IMG/VR virus record: IMGVR_UViG_3300045988_134081 | Direction: 5' to 3' (one strand) | Origin: a virus | DNA length: 39,335 bases | Shown: positions 32,157-39,335 of the stretch, in pieces | Position numbering within the stretch: the stretch's first letter is position 1 | Layout of the letters: the number at the start of each line of letters is the position of its first letter | Position numbers and translations under genes: made by a program | The notes under the pieces: generated by a model | Database searches by the model: none | What the model saw: only the letters and a program-made list of their open reading frames with translations | What the model was told of the DNA's origin: nothing

Positions 32157-33194
32157 ATGGCAAAAGCCAAAAAACTGAAATCGGGCAACTATCGTGTTTT
32201 AGTTTCCGACTACAAAGACGAAAACGGTAAATGGCACTACAAGTCATTTACCGCCCCGACCAAAAAAGAGGCAGAATATACCGCTGCAGAATTTACACAC
32301 AACCGTGAAAATCGGGAATTGTCATACAGTAATATGACCCTTGTTCAGGCATACCGCAGATACATTGACAGTAAATCCGCTGTTCTTTCCTCATCAACTG
32401 TTGACGGATATGAAAAGAACCTACGAAACGATTTTAAAGCACTTATGCCGATGAAGCTTGACAACATTACTCAGGAGCATATTCAGTTGGCTGTCAACGA
32501 AATGTCCGCAAAGTACTCACCCAAGACCGTGAGGAACTCACACGGACTGCTTTCGGCAGTTTTCAAAGCGTATCGCCCCGGGTTTATTATAACAACAAGA
32601 CTTCCGCAAAAGGTTGAGCCTAAATACATAATCCCGACAACCGCCGAGATTAACATTTTGCTAAATAACGCAAATGATTTTATTCGTGTGCCAATCCTGC
32701 TTGCAAGCTCGGGCAGTCTTCGCCGTTCCGAAATTTGTGCCTTAACTACCGATGATATTACAGATATAGGTATCACCGTGAACAAGGCCGCTGTCTATGA
32801 CAAAGAAAATAATGTTGTTATTAAACCGCCAAAAACAAATGCCGGAAACAGATTCATTCCGCTTCCCCCGCATATCCTAAAAGAAGTGAGAGAATGGAAA
32901 TATTTTGGTTGTTCGCCTGCCACGCTGTACGGTCAGTTTCGTAGGCTTGTTGAGAAATGCGATGTACCTCACATAACCTTCCACAAACTCCGCCACTACT
33001 TTGCCTCAGAACTTCATGCTAAAGGTATTCCCGATAAACACATAGCACAAATAGGCGGTTGGAAATCTGTGTCAGTTCTGCAAAATATTTATCAACACAC
33101 CCTAAGAGACAAGCAAGAAGAAATGAATACCAAAATTATTAACATTTTTGAAAGTAATTTTTCAGAAGAAAGCCTCTCACAAAAGCAAGCCTGA
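32157..33194 (+). CDS. int: Tyrosine integrase.
   Basis: 345 aa with RRSEICALT (Arg I), HKLRHYFAS (H-x-x-R) and GGWKSVSVLQNIYQH (catalytic Tyr region), plus an N-terminal SAM-like domain. Confidence 0.9.
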   Translation: MAKAKKLKSGNYRVLVSDYKDENGKWHYKSFTAPTKKEAEYTAAEFTHNRENRELSYSNMTLVQAYRRYIDSKSAVLSSSTVDGYEKNLRNDFKALMPMKLDNITQEHIQLAVNEMSAKYSPKTVRNSHGLLSAVFKAYRPGFIITTRLPQKVEPKYIIPTTAEINILLNNANDFIRVPILLASSGSLRRSEICALTTDDITDIGITVNKAAVYDKENNVVIKPPKTNAGNRFIPLPPHILKEVREWKYFGCSPATLYGQFRRLVEKCDVPHITFHKLRHYFASELHAKGIPDKHIAQIGGWKSVSVLQNIYQHTLRDKQEEMNTKIINIFESNFSEESLSQKQA

Positions 33195-33197
33195 TAT

Positions 33198-33220
33198 CGT
33201 GTTGGATTTCGTGTTGGATT
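33198..33220 (+). repeat. 23-nt direct repeat, left copy (itself a tandem of CGTGTTGGATT): putative integrase arm-type sites.
   Basis: cgtgttggatttcgtgttggatt is identical to 33415-33437. Confidence 0.85.
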
Positions 33221-33286
33221 TTAAAACAGAATAATGATTTTTAGTACAAAATAACGCATTTTAAAACAAAATATTGATTATCAAAA

Positions 33287-33338
33287 GTCAGCAAATAAGC
33301 CGATAAACACTGAATATGGCTTGTTTGCTGACTTTTTT
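33287..33338 (+). terminator. Bidirectional intrinsic terminator after int (and, on the other strand, after the lysis operon).
   Basis: GTCAGCAAATAAGCC-(16 nt)-GGCTTGTTTGCTGAC followed by TTTTTT. On the minus strand the same stem is followed by TTTT. Confidence 0.7.
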
Positions 33339-33341
33339 ATG

Positions 33342-33369
33342 TGGTGGAGATGAGGGGAATCGAACCCAC
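33342..33369 (-). other. tRNA 3-prime-end fragment: putative attP core.
   Basis: Minus strand reads GTGGGTTCGATTCCCCTCATCTCCACCA, i.e. T-loop GGTTCGATTCC, 3-prime acceptor strand CATCTCC, discriminator A and CCA. No matching 5-prime acceptor strand (GGAGATG) is found within 100 nt, so it is not a complete tRNA. Confidence 0.7.
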
Positions 33370-33414
33370 TATTTTAATCTTATTATGCTGATAAATACTG
33401 ACTTTTTATTTAAC

Positions 33415-33437
33415 CGTGTTGGATTTCGTGTTGGATT
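33415..33437 (+). repeat. 23-nt direct repeat, right copy (putative arm-type sites); overlaps the endolysin stop.
   Basis: Identical to 33198-33220. Confidence 0.85.
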
Positions 33438-34428
33438 AAGCACACAAACTTCTGAATGTGTTACCGCCTGCAATTCCGTCGGCAGTCAAGCCGTGAGCCT
33501 GCTGATATGATGTAACTGCGGATTCTGTACCGTTACCGTAAATTCCGTCAAAACCATTCGGATCATATCCGTTGCAGATAAGCAATCCCTGTAAAACTTT
33601 GGTAATATTTCCTCTGCAGCCTTTTGATATAACAACAATTGCATTATGAGTGCCCACACCGTAAATTCCGTCAACAACAAGGTTCATTCCAAACTGACGG
33701 TTAAGTTCTTCCTGCAACTTCATAACCAAATGTTTTTTCGTGTCAGAGCCGTAGATTCCGTCAACTGTTGTTCCAACCCACGCCTGTACAGCTTTAGTGC
33801 CGTAGTATTTCGGTGGTGTACTCGTTGTTGCTGAACTGCCCTTATAGTCAGCATTAAATATAATGTCGGTATCAACATTACCATTAATTCCGTTGACCTT
33901 TCCGCTGTCGGAGCATTGCCAAATGTCGCAAGTACGACACGGAGAGTCTGTTTCCCATTGAGCAAGCCAAATTGCATATTGCTTTTTAAGTTTTTCGTAA
34001 TTGAGATAACTTGCAAACCAGCTTGCACTTGCATAAACGCCGGCTGAATAGCCATGAACTTTAACACACTCACAAAATGCTACTGTCATTGCTGTTAAGG
34101 AATCTTTGCCGAGTTTGGTCTGTGAGCCAAGTTCCAAATCATAAAACACTGGTAAATCAAGTTTTCTGCCATTTAAGCAATAGAGGCAAGCACTTGCTTC
34201 CTTTTTCGCCTCGGCAACGCTGTACGCATACGAAAACCAATATACACCGACTTTCAGTCCTGCGGATTTTGCTTTCCTATAATGCTCTTCAAACTGTGCA
34301 TCTTTTTGGTAAGTTTCACGGCCAAAGCCGGCACGAATAATAACCGTGTCTATACCGTCAGCCTTAACTTTGTTGTAGTCAACATTGGTCTGACAAAAGC
34401 TAACATCAACAGCAGTTACTCTGTTCAT
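33436..34428 (-). CDS. Endolysin: GH25 muramidase + two PG_binding_1-type repeats; start re-assigned to the ATG at 34428.
   Basis: N-terminal VDVSFCQTNVDYNKVKADGIDTVIIRAGFG...GVYWFSYA (GH25 pattern). The C-terminus has two VDGIYG / DGIYG...ADGIAG repeats. AAGGAG lies 8 nt before the ATG at 34428. Confidence 0.88.
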   Translation of the reverse strand: MNRVTAVDVSFCQTNVDYNKVKADGIDTVIIRAGFGRETYQKDAQFEEHYRKAKSAGLKVGVYWFSYAYSVAEAKKEASACLYCLNGRKLDLPVFYDLELGSQTKLGKDSLTAMTVAFCECVKVHGYSAGVYASASWFASYLNYEKLKKQYAIWLAQWETDSPCRTCDIWQCSDSGKVNGINGNVDTDIIFNADYKGSSATTSTPPKYYGTKAVQAWVGTTVDGIYGSDTKKHLVMKLQEELNRQFGMNLVVDGIYGVGTHNAIVVISKGCRGNITKVLQGLLICNGYDPNGFDGIYGNGTESAVTSYQQAHGLTADGIAGGNTFRSLCA

Positions 34429-35149
34429 TTTTGTTCTCCTTTTCAAGACTTATTTTTTCGATTGTTGCTCTTAATTCAAGGGCATTAAGATATCCTTTCA
34501 TATGCACAAACTGTTCGTAGAGTAATTCATACGAACAGTTTGGCTGGAACGGCAGTTTTCCTGCTTTGTAGGATTCAAGCATTCTCTGTAAACCGGTTAT
34601 TCTGATAAGCAACTGTTCATATTCTGCTTTAAACCTTTCCTTGAAATCCGTACTCTTCATAAGTAACGCCGTATCGTTCAGAAGGTTCTTTCCCTTTTCA
34701 AGAAATGTGTTTTCAAAATCTTCTTTGGGCGGCCACGACTCGTGACCGTCAGCGTGCTTAACATGATAACCTTCATCATCCGGATTTTCGTCCGTAGGTA
34801 TCTGCCAGCCTCTGTATGTATTATAATCGCCTCTTGTCATCGGATCGGCTTCAATTTTTTTAACTCCGATATAAGGTTTCATTGCTGTTTCCTCTCTTTC
34901 GTAAAGCTGTTTTGCAAGGACATATCCTTCAAGTTCCCACAATTTGTTTTCAATTTTGGCCATACAGATTTCTGTACCGATTTTTTCATCATAGTTTGCT
35001 GGATCAACTGCTCCGCTTGCCTCGGTTATAACAAATCCGTTTGGCAGTTTACAGTTTACGATTGTTACTTTATCGTAAACTGTTTCGACCTTAATTTCTG
35101 ATTTTTCAAGTAATTCGTCAATCTGTCGTTTGGTAACGATATTCTTCAT
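34406..35149 (-). CDS. Multi-domain hypothetical protein with an N-terminal Gp49-like domain, embedded in the lysis cassette.
   Basis: VTIVNCKLPNGFVITEASGAVDPANYDEKIGTEICMAKIENKLWELEGYVL resembles the N4 gp49/Sf6 gp66-type family pattern as I recall it. The remainder is unassigned. Confidence 0.5.
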   Translation of the reverse strand: MKNIVTKRQIDELLEKSEIKVETVYDKVTIVNCKLPNGFVITEASGAVDPANYDEKIGTEICMAKIENKLWELEGYVLAKQLYEREETAMKPYIGVKKIEADPMTRGDYNTYRGWQIPTDENPDDEGYHVKHADGHESWPPKEDFENTFLEKGKNLLNDTALLMKSTDFKERFKAEYEQLLIRITGLQRMLESYKAGKLPFQPNCSYELLYEQFVHMKGYLNALELRATIEKISLEKENKNEQSNCC

Positions 35150-35151
35150 AA

Positions 35152-35373
35152 TTATTCCTCGCTTTCTTTAACTTCCGGCAAGCCGCCGACACTTGTAAGC
35201 ATCGAGAGTATTCCGGCAAGAAGTGTTGAACTTGCAACCATTACCCAGTTCACATCGCTCATTACCACCGCAACCGAGAGTGTTGCCGCTGCTGTCTGTG
35301 CCATTGTCTTTGCGGCTCTGATGAGTGCCGCAACCGCCCATTTCTTAATTTTCTGCTTATTCATTATTTTCAT
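35152..35373 (-). CDS. Putative holin.
   Basis: 73 aa with two hydrophobic segments (AVAALIRAAKTMAQTAAATLSVAVV; VMVASSTLLAGILSMLTSVGG) and a charged C-terminus. It lies upstream of the endolysin. Confidence 0.55.
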   Translation of the reverse strand: MKIMNKQKIKKWAVAALIRAAKTMAQTAAATLSVAVVMSDVNWVMVASSTLLAGILSMLTSVGGLPEVKESEE

Positions 35374-35677
35374 CCTTTCTTATAGGGTTAGTCGGTAAGT
35401 CCATGACCTTCTCGTGCATATCGTCCATTGTGCCGTTTTGCCCGAGGTGATGATATGACTGATAGCACTTGTCATATGCATCCTTTGCATAGACCTCAAT
35501 CCACCCTCTTTCAATGTATTTTTCACCCGAGCGGATAAGTTCCGCTCTGAGCAATGACTGTGTACCTTTGCCAATTGCCCTGATTTTGGTCCACTCGGTT
35601 TTTATTATTGCAACGATAGCGCCGAGTATAATACCGAAAAGAGCCTGCACCCAATATTGTATAATCCAATCCCACAT
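35357..35677 (-). CDS. Membrane protein, putative second holin or holin partner.
   Basis: 106 aa with an N-terminal TM (YWVQALFGIILGAIVAII) and a hydrophilic C-terminal domain. It overlaps the next gene. Confidence 0.45.
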   Translation of the reverse strand: MWDWIIQYWVQALFGIILGAIVAIIKTEWTKIRAIGKGTQSLLRAELIRSGEKYIERGWIEVYAKDAYDKCYQSYHHLGQNGTMDDMHEKVMDLPTNPIRKDENNE

Positions 35678-35686
35678 TTACATCAC

Positions 35687-37567
35687 CTAAAACACAAAAT
35701 CAAAATTTAATTCATCACCATCAGAAAAAATAAAATCTTTATCCGCCAATAAAGTGATGGAAAACCAATTTTTTCCCTCACCTATCAAACCCTTAAACAA
35801 GTCCCCTGTTGAGCAAATACCTATTGTTATTATTCGCTCTTTTGTGTTATTGAAGGGTAAATCAATAAGATGCAGTGACTTATGTTTTCCTAAAGTAGAT
35901 GCATTCATACTTAAACAAATATGAGCCGCACATACATTACCTACTTTAAGGTACCTACATGTTGCCGATTTAACAAAATCGGACTGTGTCGAGTATGGAT
36001 TAAGTTTTGCGTTTCCTGTTATCATGTCAAAAACTGTATCTAAAGCTCGCACGTGAGCATTTTTCATATTTATGGGCAAAAAATCCACACTAATATAACC
36101 GTCTCCATCTTGACCTAAATTGTCAAAATTGCAACCAATAACATCTGCTTTCCATTCATTATTGGTCATTTTAGTTCCTGTTCCTCTATTTGTTGACTTA
36201 TAATTGGGCGTATCTGAGGCAGTTGCAAAGTACGTAAGGTACGGAATACCAAAAGTCTCTAAATTATTTTTATAAACTTGATTATATCCGTTAAGACAGT
36301 TATTAATTAACGCTCTGCCGGCGTTGAAAAATTTAAACCCATATTTGGTAGAGTCTATCATGCATTGACTATAAGTGGCAACACCGCCCCAAACCGTAAA
36401 AGAAGTGGAATGACTCATAATGTTTGTGTTATATGCACACCACGCGTGACACTTATTGAAATGATTGTCCGCTCCACCGCTTAAAAAACCGCATTCAAAG
36501 TCTACTGAAATAGAGTCTGTCACATAGGTGTCAGCACAACCGAGAAACAACATCGTTGAAAGAAGCCTTTCGTCACCCTTTACATAACCGCTTGTTATTA
36601 TGTCTTTGGCAGCCCCACTTATGCCACTTCTCGTACCGTTAATAAAGCTGAAAGTAGCTTCATTTCCGCCATAACTTCTGACCCCGTACAGCGCAGGATT
36701 CCTTACCATAATATGAGCGTAATTTGTTTTCCCTTCGTTTTCAATTTTAAGTCCGTGTTTGGTAAGTCCGTTGTTGCAATCTATTATTAGGTTCTTAAAC
36801 GAGCCGATATTGTATTTCGCATTATTATCCGACTTTACATTAACTGTAATAACCGAGTTCAAACGCCATAGTCCCACTACTTTCGGCTCAGAACCGTAAT
36901 ATGTTTCATCCTGTTTTTTACAACTGTCAGATACTTTGATTGTTGAAAAATTGCCATCAAAATTTGCTCTATCAACATCATATCTAAGCGTGTTACTAAC
37001 TAAATATGTTTTATTGTTGCCAAGTTTAATCGCTTGATTATTTATCCCAGCTTGACTAAGCATTTGTTGCAGTGCGACCGTATCGTCTGTTACTCCATCC
37101 CCCTTAGCACCGAACATTTCAGGCGTAAAATAATTGTTTAACTGTTCAACAAGTTTCGAGGTCTTATTGTAAAAACTAAGTATTTTTTCATACAATCCAA
37201 AGCCTACGGTTTCACTCGGCAACATACCTTTCTGCCTGTTAATTCCGACAAGGTTGGTATTGAGTGTTACTGTATTGCCATTGCTATCTGCATAACTACC
37301 GGTCAGGCTGAAATAGACTTTATCCCCCTCAAGCTCTGACGGTATGTCAAACACTGCGGTTTTGTCATCAGCTGTAAGGCTCACTGTACTTTTAACGATA
37401 TTATCTTTTTCGCTCATAAAGTTTGCCGTAACAAGAGCGCAGTTGTCCCAGTCGGATTCCATAAAGTAGCATTTGATTTTAGTGTATTTCTTTTCACCGA
37501 GAACCGGATTAAATCCATCTCTGCGTTTCAGGGTATTTTTATATACCTCAAATTTTAAAGTATTCAT
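35687..37567 (-). CDS. Tailspike / depolymerase with a pectate-lyase-type right-handed beta-helix domain.
   Basis: FTPEMFGAKGDGVTDDTVALQQML is the hallmark N-terminal motif of Pectate_lyase_3 / glycoside-hydrolase tailspikes. 626 aa, with its own promoter. Confidence 0.75.
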   Translation of the reverse strand: MNTLKFEVYKNTLKRRDGFNPVLGEKKYTKIKCYFMESDWDNCALVTANFMSEKDNIVKSTVSLTADDKTAVFDIPSELEGDKVYFSLTGSYADSNGNTVTLNTNLVGINRQKGMLPSETVGFGLYEKILSFYNKTSKLVEQLNNYFTPEMFGAKGDGVTDDTVALQQMLSQAGINNQAIKLGNNKTYLVSNTLRYDVDRANFDGNFSTIKVSDSCKKQDETYYGSEPKVVGLWRLNSVITVNVKSDNNAKYNIGSFKNLIIDCNNGLTKHGLKIENEGKTNYAHIMVRNPALYGVRSYGGNEATFSFINGTRSGISGAAKDIITSGYVKGDERLLSTMLFLGCADTYVTDSISVDFECGFLSGGADNHFNKCHAWCAYNTNIMSHSTSFTVWGGVATYSQCMIDSTKYGFKFFNAGRALINNCLNGYNQVYKNNLETFGIPYLTYFATASDTPNYKSTNRGTGTKMTNNEWKADVIGCNFDNLGQDGDGYISVDFLPINMKNAHVRALDTVFDMITGNAKLNPYSTQSDFVKSATCRYLKVGNVCAAHICLSMNASTLGKHKSLHLIDLPFNNTKERIITIGICSTGDLFKGLIGEGKNWFSITLLADKDFIFSDGDELNFDFVF

Positions 37568-37594
37568 AATGCCGCCCCCTATCTCGTTAATTAC

Positions 37595-37631
37595 ATTATA
37601 TAGTTTTCTGCCGGCTCAAAAAAGTTAAAAC
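37595..37631 (-). promoter_or_regulatory. Putative late promoter (tailspike-lysis operon).
   Basis: In gene orientation, GTTTTAAC (37631-37624) is followed by 23 nt and then TATAAT (37600-37595), 28 nt upstream of the ATG at 37567. It carries the same exact 14-mer as the other two sites. Confidence 0.55.
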
Positions 37632-37635
37632 CCAC

Positions 37636-37661
37636 AAAAAAGGACAGCGTTTCCGCTGCCC
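37636..37661 (-). terminator. Intrinsic terminator after the giant gene.
   Basis: Minus strand reads GGGCAGCG-GAAA-CGCTGTCC (one G-U pair) followed by TTTTTT, 10 nt after the stop at 37671. Confidence 0.7.
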
Positions 37662-37670
37662 TCAATTTGT

Positions 37671-39335
37671 TTATTTACTTTGTTGCTTTTTGATTTTATC
37701 CTGATATTTTCTGAGAGCAGATTTAAACTTGCTTTCAGTACCGTAGATATTCAGTAACTGTCTGTACAATGTGTGCGTTGTATCTGCATCATTGCTCTTA
37801 CTTGCATGAATGTACTGCTCAAACATCGGATCAGTTCGGCTTGCACTCTGCATCAGCTTTTTCATTTGATTCTTTGTCTTACCTTTATGCTCCATAAGGT
37901 ATTTTTCAACCTTTTCATAGTTTTCAGTATCGCCGTTCTTCAAATATTCAAAAGCATCAGTGTACTTATACATTAGAGTGTCATCGTTACCGGTAGAGTC
38001 AAAAATACTTTCTTCTGATTTTTCATCATCTGTCGATGACGACATTTTCTTCCAAATGTATTCTGCCCCCTGCTCCGTAAAGCCTTGGTTGTCCACAAGG
38101 TCAGACTTTGCGGCATCTTCGTCTGTTATGCCCTCTTTTTTCATATTAGCAATAATATTACTTATAACCTTGTCAGAGGCCTTAATCACATCATCCTTGC
38201 CGAATCCATAGGAAGAGACCTTGTTAATAAAGCTTTCATAAGCGTTAAGGTCACCGTTAGCTCTTGCTACTGCCGCCTTTTCAACATCATCATTATTCTT
38301 TGATAACGCTTTTATGACTTTCTGCTCAAGCATATCACGAGCCTCTTTTTCGGTTTTACCCTTTGTATTCATTATTGTGTTGACATACAGCTGCTCGTAA
38401 TATTGAGCTTTGTTGGCATCTCCGTCAATCGTAGCGTTAATCATCAACGGCACAAGCACAGTTGTATTAATGTTACCCTTATTGTCGGATATAATCTCAC
38501 CTCTGCCTTTTGTCAGGTCGGTAAAGTATGAGGTTAAGCTGAGGGCCATTCTCTTAATATTACTTGCCGGCAAGCCAAAACAATCACCTAACAAAGTAGC
38601 TGCTAAGATATACTTGCCATTTGAAATGTTTTCAACGAAATTATTAACATTATCAAGGCTCATAGAGTCCAAACCGTAAAACGGTCTATCATTATCAATC
38701 TTATGTGCAATTGCACTATATGCTGTATCGCCGAAAGTAAAAGTGCCGGCAAATGATTCCATGCTGTAATCAAGAATACTTTTGAAAATGTTTTCAGCTG
38801 TCACATTTCCCTTGTCATCTCTTTCATCGTCCCACTTATGCCACAGAAGCATATTAACTAAAGTGGTTAAACCGCCTATAAGTAAAGCTGATTCTGTTGC
38901 GCCAATAAGAGCTTTAGCAAATTTTTTCATTGCCACTTTTTTTGCACTCTTATTTTCAGCAGATTTTGACAATTTATAGTCATTGCTTCTTGTACGGTAT
39001 TCCATGTACGAATCAATTATAGTGTTGCCGATTGCCATTGTTTGAGAGCGAAAAGCATTCATCGAAAGAATTTTCAAAACATTGTTTCTAATGAATTGCG
39101 GCTTGGAAGTTACCATATTATTAGGCTGAGTTTCATCAACACATTTTTCAAATTGTCTGACAACTTCTTTATAAAAAGCATCACTACCTTTCTTTAGATT
39201 TGTTGTTTGTTCAACATGCAACTCTGCAGCTTTAAGCAGGCAACCTACAATATATCTATCAACCTTGCCCATAATGTCCATTTTGCTTTTTGTGCCGCCA
39301 ACAACACCGGTTTCTCTGCTGAGCTCACCTACCAC
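37671..39335 (-). CDS. C-terminal 554 aa of the same giant protein; the ORF is open at the right window edge.
   Basis: The track ORF has no real start (first codon GTG at the window edge). The last 55 nt are identical to 1-55 and the reading frames match (cac at 39333-39335 = cac at 53-55). The TAA stop at 37671-37673 is followed by an intrinsic terminator. Confidence 0.88.
   Translation of the reverse strand: MVGELSRETGVVGGTKSKMDIMGKVDRYIVGCLLKAAELHVEQTTNLKKGSDAFYKEVVRQFEKCVDETQPNNMVTSKPQFIRNNVLKILSMNAFRSQTMAIGNTIIDSYMEYRTRSNDYKLSKSAENKSAKKVAMKKFAKALIGATESALLIGGLTTLVNMLLWHKWDDERDDKGNVTAENIFKSILDYSMESFAGTFTFGDTAYSAIAHKIDNDRPFYGLDSMSLDNVNNFVENISNGKYILAATLLGDCFGLPASNIKRMALSLTSYFTDLTKGRGEIISDNKGNINTTVLVPLMINATIDGDANKAQYYEQLYVNTIMNTKGKTEKEARDMLEQKVIKALSKNNDDVEKAAVARANGDLNAYESFINKVSSYGFGKDDVIKASDKVISNIIANMKKEGITDEDAAKSDLVDNQGFTEQGAEYIWKKMSSSTDDEKSEESIFDSTGNDDTLMYKYTDAFEYLKNGDTENYEKVEKYLMEHKGKTKNQMKKLMQSASRTDPMFEQYIHASKSNDADTTHTLYRQLLNIYGTESKFKSALRKYQDKIKKQQSK
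39281..39335. repeat. Right copy of the 55-bp terminal direct repeat.
   Basis: Exact identity with 1-55. Confidence 0.97.

Noticed and set aside
33342-33369. A complete tRNA gene.
   Set aside because: Only the T-arm 3-prime part, acceptor 3-prime strand and CCA are present. The second T-stem pair is mismatched, and no complementary 5-prime acceptor strand, D-arm or anticodon arm is present within 100 nt.
33316-33510. 64-aa plus-strand ORF across the attP region.
   Set aside because: It translates the reverse complement of the tRNA fragment and the arm repeat and then runs antisense into the endolysin gene. It has no RBS.
1-39335. CRISPR arrays, rRNA genes, transposases/IS elements, reverse transcriptase (DGR/retron).
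   Set aside because: No regularly spaced direct repeats, rRNA-like conserved blocks, DDE/transposase-like ORFs or YxDD motifs were seen on either strand. This was a visual scan only.

Overview
This window is a complete, circularly closed ~39,280-bp genome of a temperate tailed phage: bases 1-55 repeat exactly at 39281-39335. Strong AGGAG-type RBSs and the gene content (Prp-like protease, ImmA/XRE pair, GH25 + PG-binding endolysin) suggest a Gram-positive, probably clostridial, host; that host call is inference. Nearly all genes are on the minus strand. In the direction of transcription the layout is as follows. A divergent CI/Cro-type switch lies at 29.29-29.40 kb. An early operon runs 29263->19669 and encodes small zinc-ribbon and coiled-coil proteins, a GIY-YIG nuclease, a ParB-like + PAPS-reductase-like pair, and an HUH rolling-circle Rep preceded by a structured AT-rich region. 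Late operons run 19449->1 and, across the junction, 39335->33436. They encode TerS, TerL, portal, Prp-like protease, scaffold, major capsid, connector, a 673-aa tail protein, two paralogous Q/N/Y-rich proteins, one giant protein, tailspike, holins and endolysin. The plus-strand lysogeny genes are a CI-like repressor, a membrane-anchored Mrr-type nuclease, and a tyrosine integrase followed by attP (a tRNA 3-prime fragment flanked by 23-nt direct repeats). The key point is that the apparent ORF desert at 1-7600 in the supplied track is an artefact. It is filled by a single minus-strand ORF that has no stop before the window edge and is in phase with the edge-truncated ORF 37671..39335. Joined, they form one 9,189-nt gene (~3,062 aa, 23% of the genome) with an HExxH motif and a polyvalent-protein-like module. 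Other sequence-level signals are three late promoters sharing an exact 14-mer and a 14-residue N-terminal motif shared by scaffold and capsid next to the Prp-like protease. There is also a 36/18-nt leader repeated in front of three genes and a promoter-terminator-hairpin arrangement in front of immA. No rRNA gene, complete tRNA gene or CRISPR array was seen.
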